A stretch of DNA of 63,663 bases from Candidatus Omnitrophota bacterium (GCA_041309005.1 JBFZAN010000031.1:1-63663); one strand, 5' to 3'; positions 40,321 through 49,509 are shown, numbered from the stretch's first letter. Notes: a model not told the origin generated them from the sequence alone. Made by a program: numbers and translations.

Positions 40321-40548
40321 TTACACTTTCTTGAGGTCGCCTTTCTTGATGCATTTTGTGCATACGTAGGCTCTTTGGGGATGGTTGTTAAGCAGGATGC
40401 GGACTTTTTGAAGGTTCGGTAAAAACTTACGCTTGGTGCTTCTGACTATCTTTGAGCCTGTGCCGCCTTTCTTCTTGGCCAGACCTTTCCTTACCACGCT
40501 TTTACCCGTAAGCCAGCCCTTTCCGCATATAGCGCATTTTTTAAGCAT
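40321..40548 (-). CDS. rpmB: 50S ribosomal protein L28
   Basis: KKCAICGK, RKGLAKKKGGTG, KRKFLPNLQ, VCTKCIKKG. Confidence 0.95.
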   Translation of the reverse strand: MLKKCAICGKGWLTGKSVVRKGLAKKKGGTGSKIVRSTKRKFLPNLQKVRILLNNHPQRAYVCTKCIKKGDLKKV

Positions 40549-40605
40549 GTCTACTCACTCCGTTTAGTCGTATCTTTAAAAATACCCTGATTTTCCTGAA
40601 ACTAA

Positions 40606-40633
40606 AGTATACTTGAAAATAAGGCTTTGTCAA
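40606..40633 (-). promoter_or_regulatory. Sigma70 promoter for rpmB
   Basis: On the minus strand: TTGACA (40633-28), 16-nt spacer, TATACT (40611-06). Confidence 0.7.
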
Positions 40634-40641
40634 GGTAAAAT
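40613..40641 (+). promoter_or_regulatory. Sigma70 promoter for addAB, overlapping the rpmB promoter
   Basis: TTGAAA (40613-18), 17-nt spacer, TAAAAT (40636-41); ATG at 40648. Confidence 0.6.
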
Positions 40642-40647
40642 GAATCC

Positions 40648-43600
40648 ATGAGCCGCGCACAGATAGCCAGATCTTCAGTATCGCCGCAAGTATGCGTAGT
40701 AGAAGCCTCCGCGGGTTCGGGCAAAACATACGCATTGGCAAAGAGATACATCAAACTCCTCATAAATCCTCTCCTTGGCCCCGACGCCATTCCTTTGCAG
40801 GCCATCCTCGCCATCACCTTCACCAATAAAGCCGCGATCGAGATGAAAGAGCGTATCATGGAATTCCTGAAGAAAATAGCGCTGGATGCGTTTTCAAGCC
40901 GCGCGGAGAAAGAAGATATCCTTTCGTCGCTGGGCGTGGAAGAAGCGTTCGCCCGCAGGAAAGCAGGCGCGATCATGGACTACGTGATACGCAACTATAA
41001 TTTTTTTCAGGTCCAGACGATCGACAGCTTCATAAATACCATACTCTCCGGCTGCGCCTTCAAGCTTGATCTCTCATCGGCGTTCAAGACAAAAGAAAAC
41101 TACAGGGACTATCTATCCTTTAGCCTCGACAGGCTCATAGACAAAGCCGCTTGCGATAAGGAGGTTTTAGGGCTTTTTTCAGGGTTCATCACGCAGTATC
41201 TTTTCATAGAAAATAAGGCCGGATGGTTCCCGAAACAGAATATTTTAAAAGCCCTTGATTCCTTATTCCTGAAAAGCAACCAGTATGCGCTCGAGTTTGC
41301 GCCCAGCAAGACGCAGGCCGCTGATTTGATCTCGCAGAAGAAGCGCATTCTTAAGCTGATGCGTGCGCTTCGCGAAGGTCTTCCCGAAGGCGTCCACAAG
41401 GCATTCCGCAATAACCTGGATTATTTTCTTGAGCGTAACGCCGAGACGTTCGGCATAGAGAGGGTATCAGACTTTTTTAAACGGGATGCCCTTCCGGTCA
41501 ATAAGGGCGTATTGATCCCTCCCGAAGCGCAAAAGCTGTGGTGTAAGATAAGGGGAGCCCTCACCGAACTTTGCGAACAAGAGTCGGCTTCGATGTTCAA
41601 TTACTACGTTGGCATTTTTAATCAGGTGGCAAGTGATCTGAAGGCGGTCTCGCGCAAAGACGATGTGCTGTTTCTGGAGGGGCTTAATAAACAGGCACGC
41701 AGTCTTTTTGACGAGAAATCATTAGGCCTGCCCGAACTGTATTACCGGCTTGCCTGCCGTTTCAGCCATTTCCTTATCGATGAATTTCAGGATACCTCGG
41801 GCTTGCAGTGGGGCAATCTTTCGCTTATGGTTGAAGAGGCGCTTTCTACCGGCGGTTCCCTTTTCTATGTAGGCGATAGGAAGCAGGCGATCTACAGGTT
41901 CAGGGGCGGTTCGATATCCCTCATGGACGCGCTAAAAAAACAATACCGTGATTTCAACCTGACCGAAGAACCGTTGGCCGTGAATTACCGAAGCCAGAAA
42001 GAGATAGTCGAGTTCAACAACACGGTTTTCTCCGAAGACAACCTCAAAGAATTTCTCGGCAGGAAGGAAGAGAAAGGAACGTCGGGCTTTGCGCTTTCCG
42101 ACGATGACACGCAAGAGATAGTGGGGGTGTTTAAAGATTCCCGTCAAAGTTTCAAAAAAGGCAACGATGCGGGATATGTATCGGTTACGCCGATTTACGC
42201 AGGAAGCAGGGAGGAAAGAAACCGCCTGTTGAAAGAAGCGCTGTATCGTCTTATCGGGGAACTGCGTGCGAGGTTCCCCCTGAAAGAGGTTGCGCTTCTG
42301 GCAAGGAAGAATGATCAGGTCCAGCTGCTTACCTCGTGGCTCCTGGAAAAGGCCATCCCCGCGGAGTCGGAAAAGACCCTCGATATAAGGCAGAATTCGT
42401 TCATCAAGGAGCTTGTCTCGCTGCTTACCTTTCTTAATTCGCCTATCGATAACCTGGCGTTCGCCTCTTTTATACTCGGGGATATATTCCTTGCGGGCGC
42501 CGGGCTCACCAGGGAGGCGGTCCAGGAGTTTATTCTTGATTTTAAAGAGAAAGGCAGGGACGCGTCGTACATGTATAGAGAATTCCGCGCGCGGTATGCT
42601 TCGGTCTGGGAAGGATACCTCGAAGAATTCTTCAGGAGCGTGGGGTTCGTGCCTCTCTATGAACTGGTGATAAGCGTACTGGGTAAATTCAGCGTGTTGC
42701 ACCGGTTTCCGGGGTACCAGGGTTTTTTCATGAAATTCCTTGAGCTTATCAAAGCTCAGGAGGAGGAAAACGCGAGTATTTCGTTGTTCCTTGAGTTTTT
42801 TGAAAAAGCCCCATCCGATGAGCTCTATGTCAACGCCGCCGAGAGCGATTCCGTTAAGATCCTTACTATTCATAAAGCCAAGGGGCTGGAATTCCCCGTG
42901 GTGATCATACCATTTCTGGAAATGGAGCTGAAACTTGAGCAGGAAGTGGTCATCGCGGACGAAGCGTCGCTTAAGCTCGTATACGTAAAAAAGAAATACG
43001 CGCAATTCTCGCCTTCGTTGTCGGCGATTTCCGCCAGGGAATACGTGAAGTCGCTGATCGATGAATTAAACGGGATCTATGTCGCTTTTACAAGGGCGAA
43101 AGAAGAGTTGTACATTTTTTCATCACCCGGCAGCCATAAAGGCGCGGGTCTTGCGAGCCTCCTTTTGCCGCAGGAGCCGCTGGAATCCGGCAGCAAGCGC
43201 GAGTTTAAGGGAGCCCGTAGTCCCGAACGGGCGATCGTGGCAATAGCGCCCAGCGAATATAAGGACTGGATCCATCTTTTGAGGGATGAGTTTATCGATG
43301 AGCACCTGCTTGAGTCAAGGGATAAGATCGTAAGGGGTGAGGTTTTACACTTCGCGCTTTCCCGTATCGGCAACCTCCACGGCCAAAAGCAGGATAAAGA
43401 CTTTTTGCTGCGTCAGGCGCTGGAATTGGCGCGCTGCCGTTTTCCTGCTATCCGCGATTTCGATGGCTTGGAGCCTCTTTTGCGGAACCTGTTGGAGCGC
43501 CCAGAACTTGAACGCTATTTTGACGTGGCCGAAGGTTTTGTATTTACGGAGAAAGAGATCGTAGACGCTTTCGGGAATACGCACAGGATTGACAGGTTGA

Positions 43601-43794
43601 TCGTTAACGCGCAGGAGGCAGTGATAATTGATTATAAGAGCGCCAGGGAAAAGGACGCTCCTTACCGCGAGCAGGTTGTAGAGTATATGCGCAGCGTCAA
43701 GGAAGTATACCCGGATAAGGCGATCAGGGGCATCTTGATGTATCTGGACGACGCAAGCACAGAGGAAGTCAATGGAACAGGTAATCTCCTATAG
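40648..43794 (+). CDS. addA: AddA/RecB-like UvrD helicase-nuclease
   Basis: ASAGSGKT, AITFTNKAA, LIDEFQDTS, VGDRKQAIYRFRGG, VNYRS, TIHKAKGLEFP, YVAFTRA, C-terminal nuclease RIDRL...IIDYKS. Confidence 0.88.
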   Translation: MSRAQIARSSVSPQVCVVEASAGSGKTYALAKRYIKLLINPLLGPDAIPLQAILAITFTNKAAIEMKERIMEFLKKIALDAFSSRAEKEDILSSLGVEEAFARRKAGAIMDYVIRNYNFFQVQTIDSFINTILSGCAFKLDLSSAFKTKENYRDYLSFSLDRLIDKAACDKEVLGLFSGFITQYLFIENKAGWFPKQNILKALDSLFLKSNQYALEFAPSKTQAADLISQKKRILKLMRALREGLPEGVHKAFRNNLDYFLERNAETFGIERVSDFFKRDALPVNKGVLIPPEAQKLWCKIRGALTELCEQESASMFNYYVGIFNQVASDLKAVSRKDDVLFLEGLNKQARSLFDEKSLGLPELYYRLACRFSHFLIDEFQDTSGLQWGNLSLMVEEALSTGGSLFYVGDRKQAIYRFRGGSISLMDALKKQYRDFNLTEEPLAVNYRSQKEIVEFNNTVFSEDNLKEFLGRKEEKGTSGFALSDDDTQEIVGVFKDSRQSFKKGNDAGYVSVTPIYAGSREERNRLLKEALYRLIGELRARFPLKEVALLARKNDQVQLLTSWLLEKAIPAESEKTLDIRQNSFIKELVSLLTFLNSPIDNLAFASFILGDIFLAGAGLTREAVQEFILDFKEKGRDASYMYREFRARYASVWEGYLEEFFRSVGFVPLYELVISVLGKFSVLHRFPGYQGFFMKFLELIKAQEEENASISLFLEFFEKAPSDELYVNAAESDSVKILTIHKAKGLEFPVVIIPFLEMELKLEQEVVIADEASLKLVYVKKKYAQFSPSLSAISAREYVKSLIDELNGIYVAFTRAKEELYIFSSPGSHKGAGLASLLLPQEPLESGSKREFKGARSPERAIVAIAPSEYKDWIHLLRDEFIDEHLLESRDKIVRGEVLHFALSRIGNLHGQKQDKDFLLRQALELARCRFPAIRDFDGLEPLLRNLLERPELERYFDVAEGFVFTEKEIVDAFGNTHRIDRLIVNAQEAVIIDYKSAREKDAPYREQVVEYMRSVKEVYPDKAIRGILMYLDDASTEEVNGTGNLL

Positions 43795-46618
43795 CGAAAG
43801 CGAAGATTTCATAGACAATCTCGCAGATTTTATAGAATCCCGTTTCCTGAAGCGAGGTAAAGATGTTTCAAGGCTTTCTTTTGTGTTCGGCGGCAAGCGG
43901 CCGTCTCTTTTCCTGAAGAAAGAACTCTCCCGGCGCATAGGGCGCGGTTTTTTTTCTCCGGCGTTCTTTTCGGTAGATGAATTCATAGAGTACTGCGTCT
44001 TGAAAAAAGGCGCCTTTACCAGGATCTCGGACCTGGACGCCTGCCATCTCATCTATAGTCTCGCTCAAGAGGTGGCGCCGGATATCCTTGAAGGCAGGGG
44101 CAGTTTTTCCAGATTTCTGCCCTGGGCAAGGGAGATCCTTACCTTTATCGAGCAGCTGGACCTGGAAGATACAGGGACGCAGCCGCTTGAAACCATACAG
44201 CTTAAAGCCAGGATAGGTTACGATGTCCCGGAGAATATCAACGCGCTGCTGGGCAGTATCGTGTCGCTGCGTGAAGCCTACCATCGTGCATTGGCCGGCC
44301 GTAACGCCTATTCCAGGGGGCTCATGTATCTATCCTGCAGTCGCTCTATCCAGGACATTACCTTCGCGGAATTTGATCATATCATTTTCTGCGGTTTTTT
44401 TTACCTGCACAAAACAGAGCAGGATATCATAAAAAAGCTCTACGAAAGGAACGCCGCCCTGCTTATTTTCCAGGGCGATGAAGACCAATGGAGCGTGCTC
44501 AAGGATGCCGCGAAGCTTTTTTCCTGCCGCATAAAACCCGCAGAAGACAAGCCGCCAGAATATCGCCTTAGCGTCCTGGCAGGGTTTGATGTCCATTCCG
44601 AGGCCTGTCTGGTCAGGGAGGTCATCCGTAAGATCCCCCGTCTTGAGAAGACGGCGATCGTATTGCCCTTGCCCGAGCATATAATACCCCTTCTGTGTGA
44701 AATTGGAGGAGAGGTCGAGGATTTTAACGTATCCATGGGGTATCCTCTCAAGAGAAGCTCCCTGTATTCGCTCCTGGAAGCTGTGTTTAAGGCCCAGGAA
44801 ACCAGAGGCGGTGGCGCTTACTACTCAAAGGATTACCTGCGGGTTGTAAGCCACCCGTTGATAAAGAATTTAAAAATCTTTCCCAACCCTTCCGTGACCA
44901 GGGTGCTTGTGCATAAGATCGAAGAGATCCTCTCGGGCATAGAAAAAACTTCACTCGGGGGCAGCCTGTTTACTTCCCTCACCGAAATAGAACATACCAA
45001 AGACGTGTATGACCTTGCGCTTACGACCATGAAAAGGATGGACATCGAAGTAAGTACCGATGAATTGAAGCAGGCGCTGCGCGCGCTGCATACGCTTTTA
45101 TTTTATTCCTGGGAAAAGGTGGGTGATTTCTTTCAATTCTGCGCCGCGCTCTCGGGGTTGCTGGAAACGCTCACCAGGAAAAGCTTCCTGTCGAGCTATC
45201 CGCTCAATCTGAAAATGGCCCAGAAGCTGTTCGAGCTAAAAGAAAAATTCGAAAACGCGTCTTTCAGCCGCGAGCCCTTTACGCAGGACGATATGTTCAG
45301 GATATTCCGCCATGCCTTAGGCAACGAGCTGATATCATTTTCCGGCTCTCCGCTTAAAGGCCTTCAGATACTGGGGCTGTTAGAGACCCGTTCTTTGAGT
45401 TTTGAGAGCGTAGTGGTGATGGACGCGAATGAGACCGCGCTGCCGGCGTTAAAGATATACGAGCCTCTGATCCCCAGAGAGGTGATGGTCTCCCTGGGCT
45501 TAAACCGGCTGGAAAAAGAAGAGGAGATCCAGCATTATCAGTTCAGGAGGCTGATCTCGAGCGCCAAGGACGTGTATCTTGTCTACCAGGAGAAAGACAC
45601 GAAGGAAAAAAGCAGGTTCATCGAGGGGCTTATCTGGGAAGAGCAGAAAAGACTTACGCGTATAGAGGTGCTTCCGGTATCCCGGGCAGCGTTTAAAGTC
45701 AAGGTCCTTCCCAAGCGCCTAGCAATAAAAAAAGACCCCGGGATACTGCGTTCTTTAGAAAACCTTGAGTATTCCGCTTCCAGCATCAACACGTATTTAC
45801 GCTGCCCCTTACGGTTTTATTATCAGTACGTGCTGGGGCTTAAAGAAGCCGAAGACTCGCTCGAAGAGCCGCAGGGCCGCGATATAGGAACGTTCATTCA
45901 TGAACTGTTACAGGAATCATGGGGGCATTTCGTCGGGAAGAAGCCGCGTATCGATGAGGCGTTCAGAAAAGATTTTTTCCTTCTGTTCGACAAAAAATTC
46001 GCCGATGAGATAGAAAGAAAAACAAGGTCCGATTCGTTCCTCATCCGGGAAGTGCTCGAATTCAGGTTGAAGAGACTGCTGGACTATGAACGCCGAAGGC
46101 CCGTCAAAGAACTGGTGTGCGTGGAGAAAACATTCAGGCTCGCCATACCTTTTAACGGCGCGGAGTTTAAATTCAAGGCCATCATCGACAGGATAGACAG
46201 GCTTGACGACTCAAGCTTCCTGGTGATCGATTATAAAACGGGTGGGGCAGATGGCCTGCCGTCTACGGACATCGGGAAGATCGTTTCCGCTGGTTTCCAA
46301 AGAGAAGCGCTCAAGGAAAGCATAGGGTCTTTTCAATTGCCGCTTTATCTTTACATGGTTTCTTCGGATAAACGGTTTGCCCGCGCACGGGCCAACGCCG
46401 CGCTGTATTCGATCAGGGAGGCTGGTAGCGAGGGGAGCCTCAAGCCTCTTTTCACCACGCAAGAACAGTTTCGCGATAAAGAAAGGATCATGGCGACCTA
46501 CTTTGAGGCAATGGGTTCGCTTCTGGCGGAAATAATAGATCCCGGCGTCGCATTTACGGCTGACGAAGAAGACAGCCGTCAATGCCAGAACTGCCCGTTT
46601 TTTTATCTATGCAGATAA
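43772..46618 (+). CDS. addB: AddB-like PD-(D/E)XK nuclease subunit with four-Cys cluster motif
   Basis: Inactive helicase-like N-terminal part; YSASSINTYLRCPLRFY, IIDRID..VIDYKTG, terminal CQNCPFFYLC. Confidence 0.85.
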   Translation: MEQVISYSESEDFIDNLADFIESRFLKRGKDVSRLSFVFGGKRPSLFLKKELSRRIGRGFFSPAFFSVDEFIEYCVLKKGAFTRISDLDACHLIYSLAQEVAPDILEGRGSFSRFLPWAREILTFIEQLDLEDTGTQPLETIQLKARIGYDVPENINALLGSIVSLREAYHRALAGRNAYSRGLMYLSCSRSIQDITFAEFDHIIFCGFFYLHKTEQDIIKKLYERNAALLIFQGDEDQWSVLKDAAKLFSCRIKPAEDKPPEYRLSVLAGFDVHSEACLVREVIRKIPRLEKTAIVLPLPEHIIPLLCEIGGEVEDFNVSMGYPLKRSSLYSLLEAVFKAQETRGGGAYYSKDYLRVVSHPLIKNLKIFPNPSVTRVLVHKIEEILSGIEKTSLGGSLFTSLTEIEHTKDVYDLALTTMKRMDIEVSTDELKQALRALHTLLFYSWEKVGDFFQFCAALSGLLETLTRKSFLSSYPLNLKMAQKLFELKEKFENASFSREPFTQDDMFRIFRHALGNELISFSGSPLKGLQILGLLETRSLSFESVVVMDANETALPALKIYEPLIPREVMVSLGLNRLEKEEEIQHYQFRRLISSAKDVYLVYQEKDTKEKSRFIEGLIWEEQKRLTRIEVLPVSRAAFKVKVLPKRLAIKKDPGILRSLENLEYSASSINTYLRCPLRFYYQYVLGLKEAEDSLEEPQGRDIGTFIHELLQESWGHFVGKKPRIDEAFRKDFFLLFDKKFADEIERKTRSDSFLIREVLEFRLKRLLDYERRRPVKELVCVEKTFRLAIPFNGAEFKFKAIIDRIDRLDDSSFLVIDYKTGGADGLPSTDIGKIVSAGFQREALKESIGSFQLPLYLYMVSSDKRFARARANAALYSIREAGSEGSLKPLFTTQEQFRDKERIMATYFEAMGSLLAEIIDPGVAFTADEEDSRQCQNCPFFYLCR

Positions 46619-46643
46619 TCCTATTCTGCAAACTTTGTTTTTC

Positions 46644-46671
46644 TTGAAAAAAACCTATTTAGCAGTACAAT
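46644..46671 (+). promoter_or_regulatory. Putative sigma70 promoter
   Basis: TTGAAA (46644-49), 16-nt spacer, TACAAT (46666-71). Confidence 0.5.
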
Positions 46672-46740
46672 TATGGTAATCGCGGCCGCGGCATGCATGG
46701 GCCATTGGTTAACCGGAAGTCCTTAGTAAGGCTATCGATA

Positions 46741-47145
46741 ATGGAGAATAATTATAAGGGGCAGGAAAGACGCAGGTTCAGGAGGGTAAAGGTGGGCCTC
46801 ACTGTGACCTATAGGAAAAGCGAGCCCCCGGAAGTCAGGATACAGACTTTAGAGGGCGAAGCCCAGGCGCATATGCTTGACATAAGCGAGGGCGGTTTAA
46901 GTATCGTGACCGAGCGCAGCATTCCTGCGGCGACCGTACTCTGGGTAAGATTTACCTTGACCAGGCCGGAGAAAAAAGGGATCGGTTACTACGGAGTGGT
47001 CGAGGTGATGGGAGAGGTTCGCCATAGCGTTGTGAACGAGCAGGGCCAGTACCGTCTAGGCATAGCCTTTGTCAAGATAGACGAAGAATGCAAGCGTCAG
47101 ATCGCCAGTTTTATCGGCATGCTCGAAGACCCGGGTGCTCCATGA
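46741..47145 (+). CDS. PilZ-domain protein
   Basis: ERRRFRR (RxxxR), DISEGG (DxSxxG), GEVRH, YRLGIAF. Start reassigned to ATG 46741. Confidence 0.9.
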   Translation: MENNYKGQERRRFRRVKVGLTVTYRKSEPPEVRIQTLEGEAQAHMLDISEGGLSIVTERSIPAATVLWVRFTLTRPEKKGIGYYGVVEVMGEVRHSVVNEQGQYRLGIAFVKIDEECKRQIASFIGMLEDPGAP

Positions 47146-47543
47146 ACCTTGCGGTTCCGGCGCCTTTTGATGAGATAGTGCCTTTGGAAATCAGGGAAGA
47201 AGATATCATCGAAAGGTTCGTGAGGTCAAAAGGGCCGGGGGGCCAGAATGTCAATAAGACCTCTACGTGCGTCCATTTGAGGCATATTCCTACGGGAATT
47301 GAAGTCAGGTGCCAGCAAATGCGCTCACAGGCCTTAAACCGTGTTATTGCCAGAAGGCTTTTGAGAGGCAAGATTGAAGAGTTTTTTGAGGGAAAGAAGA
47401 AAGAGGAAAGGCAGCGCGTTGAAAGAATAAAGCGGCGCAGGCGCGGCAGGCCTTTGACCTTAAAACGCAGGATCCTGGAAGCCAAGCGCAGGCACTCGCA
47501 GAAGAAATCGCTACGTGCGCCTGTCCGGGAGATAGAGCAGTAA
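47142..47543 (+). CDS. Stand-alone GGQ peptidyl-tRNA hydrolase domain protein (release-factor-like) with basic tail
   Basis: FVRSKGPGGQNVNKTSTCVHLRHIPTGIEVRCQ..RSQALNR, then a K/R-rich tail (KRRRRGR...AKRRHSQKKSLR). ATG overlaps the PilZ stop (ATGA). Confidence 0.9.
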   Translation: MNLAVPAPFDEIVPLEIREEDIIERFVRSKGPGGQNVNKTSTCVHLRHIPTGIEVRCQQMRSQALNRVIARRLLRGKIEEFFEGKKKEERQRVERIKRRRRGRPLTLKRRILEAKRRHSQKKSLRAPVREIEQ

Positions 47544-47576
47544 GGCCGTTTTTACTTTCCCTTTACCCCGTTTCTC

Positions 47577-47585
47577 TGGTATAAT
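47577..47585 (+). promoter_or_regulatory. Extended -10 element
   Basis: TGGTATAAT; SD GGAGG lies before ATG 47621. Confidence 0.45.
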
Positions 47586-47620
47586 AATAAAAAGCGCGCT
47601 CTTTTGCGCGGGAGGCAGGT

Positions 47621-47872
47621 ATGGCAAATACTTTATTCATGCAATTCTTTTCACTGAGCCTATTTACGCTGTTTGTGGGATATTGTTTTGGCGACGGGTT
47701 CGGCCTGAAGCTTGCAAGGAGGATATTCTGGTATTTCTCATTGCTTGCGATCAGTATCTATACCTTGAACGCCAAAAGTGAATTTGACCTGGCGTTTATC
47801 CTGCCTATTCCCACTCTCCTGGCCACCATTTTCTGCAGTTATGAAAAGATTCAGTCAAAAAAGAAAAAATAA
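47621..47872 (+). CDS. Hypothetical small membrane protein
   Basis: 83 aa, about three hydrophobic segments and a KKKK tail; AT-rich; has an SD and an upstream -10 element. Confidence 0.6.
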   Translation: MANTLFMQFFSLSLFTLFVGYCFGDGFGLKLARRIFWYFSLLAISIYTLNAKSEFDLAFILPIPTLLATIFCSYEKIQSKKKK

Positions 47873-47888
47873 CCTAAGAAAGGGGAAA

Positions 47889-48512
47889 ATGAGGAAACAT
47901 ATACAAATACTTTGTTTTTTACTGCTGTTGGGATATTTATCCCCGTGCGCAGGGGCTGCGGACCAACTGGAGGATTTTTCTGCCGATATGGTATCACGCA
48001 GCCGGGCGGGAGAATTCAAGGGAAAGATCTTTGTTTCCGGGGAAAAGTCCAGGATGGAAGCGGAGGGCGTGGTCACTATCACCAGGATGGATAAAAGCGC
48101 CGTATTGGTGCTCATGCCGGAGCAAAAAATGTATATGGAGATGCCCCTTGACGCAAAAGCTGTGGACGCCGCGAAAGGAAAGATGCCCGGCGAGCTGGAA
48201 AGGACGCGTATAGGGCAGGATACCATAGACGGCAAGCAGGCGGATAAATACAGGGTGGTGTATGAGAACAATAACCAGAAGGTGTCCGCGTTTATCTGGA
48301 TCGTCAAAGGCTTCAAGATACCCGTGAGGACAGCCGCAGAAGACGGCAGTTGGATGATGGAATACAGGAATATTGCTTTAGGCCGGCAGCCCGACAGCCT
48401 GTTTGAGCTTCCTCCAGGATACGAGAAGTTTTCTTATCAGGGGCTTGACATGAAAGGGTTAATGCAGGGAGCCCAGGGCATGATGGGAGACGGGCCTAAG
48501 GGCAAAGATTGA
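47889..48512 (+). CDS. Exported DUF4412-like protein
   Basis: Signal-peptide-like N-terminus; GKIFVSGEKSRME, LVLMPEQKMYMEM, IG.DTIDG..ADKYRV, QPDSLFELPPGYEK. Start reassigned to ATG 47889. Confidence 0.75.
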   Translation: MRKHIQILCFLLLLGYLSPCAGAADQLEDFSADMVSRSRAGEFKGKIFVSGEKSRMEAEGVVTITRMDKSAVLVLMPEQKMYMEMPLDAKAVDAAKGKMPGELERTRIGQDTIDGKQADKYRVVYENNNQKVSAFIWIVKGFKIPVRTAAEDGSWMMEYRNIALGRQPDSLFELPPGYEKFSYQGLDMKGLMQGAQGMMGDGPKGKD

Positions 48513-48525
48513 GCTGCAAAAATAG

Positions 48526-48553
48526 TTGCATCTTAAAAAAAATATGTTATACT
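48526..48553 (+). promoter_or_regulatory. Promoter of the rpsB-tsf-pyrH-frr operon
   Basis: TTGCAT (48526-31), 16-nt spacer containing TGn, TATACT (48548-53). Confidence 0.6.
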
Positions 48554-48607
48554 TATAAAACTAACTTAAAGCCAGCTATTTAACCATTTTGAGAGGAGGG
48601 ATCAAGC

Positions 48608-49504
48608 TTGCCTTCAGATATAATCAAACAATTTTTGGAAGCGGGTGTCCATTTTGGCCATAAGGTATCCCGCTGGAATCCGAAGATGAAAAAGTTCATT
48701 TTCGGGCAGAGAAGCGGCATTTACATCATCGATTTAGAAAAAACCGAAGAAAGCGTCAATAAAGCAAGGGATTTTCTGCTGGACCTGGCGTCCAGGGGAG
48801 AAACAGTGCTTTTTGTGGGGACAAAAAAGCAGGCCCAGGAAGTGGTACGGCAGGAAGCGATCCGCTGCGGGATGTATTACGTCACTGAGCGCTGGCCGGG
48901 CGGTCTGCTTACCAACCTCGCCACGATCAAAAAGAGCATTAACCGTTTAAAAGAAATAGAAAAGATGAAAGAGGACGGCACCTGCCAGAAGCTCACCAAG
49001 AAAGAAGTCGCGCTCCTTGAGAAGGAGCTGGTTAAATTGAAAAAGAATTTTTCCGGCATCGTGCAGATGGAGCGGCCGCCGAAAGCGATCTTTATCGTCG
49101 ATACCAAGAAGGAAGAGACCGCGGTAAAGGAAGCAAGAAGATTGTCTATCCCGGTGATAGGCCTTATCGACACCAATTCCAATCCTGACCTCATCACGTA
49201 CCCTATCGCCGGTAACGACGATGCCACGAAATCCATACGATTGATCTCCAGCCTTATCGCAGACAGCATCATTGAAGGCCGCAAAAAGTTCCTTTCGTAC
49301 CTTTCCGAATCGGGGGTCGCGATAAAAACAGGTAAACAGGAAGCGGAAAAAACGGGAATCGGCCCCGAAGAGGAAGTCAAGATCAAGGAGATCGAAGAAA
49401 TAGTGGAAACGACAGAAATGAGCGAGGAAGAGGCAAAGAACTCCAAGAAAGCCAAGGCAAGGCAGGCCTCAGACGATAAAACAAAAGTCAGAAAGAAGGC
49501 GTAG
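48608..49504 (+). CDS. rpsB: 30S ribosomal protein S2
   Basis: LEAGVHFGH..RWNPKM, LFVGTKKQA, RWPGGLLTN, DTNSNPD, GNDDA; TTG start after GAGGAGG. Confidence 0.98.
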   Translation: MPSDIIKQFLEAGVHFGHKVSRWNPKMKKFIFGQRSGIYIIDLEKTEESVNKARDFLLDLASRGETVLFVGTKKQAQEVVRQEAIRCGMYYVTERWPGGLLTNLATIKKSINRLKEIEKMKEDGTCQKLTKKEVALLEKELVKLKKNFSGIVQMERPPKAIFIVDTKKEETAVKEARRLSIPVIGLIDTNSNPDLITYPIAGNDDATKSIRLISSLIADSIIEGRKKFLSYLSESGVAIKTGKQEAEKTGIGPEEEVKIKEIEEIVETTEMSEEEAKNSKKAKARQASDDKTKVRKKA

Positions 49505-49509
49505 CCGCA

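Noticed and set aside
46672-46740. c-di-GMP riboswitch ahead of the PilZ gene
   Set aside because: It lacks the GNRA tetraloop/receptor or pseudoknot architecture of the class I and II aptamers as I know them, and is too short.
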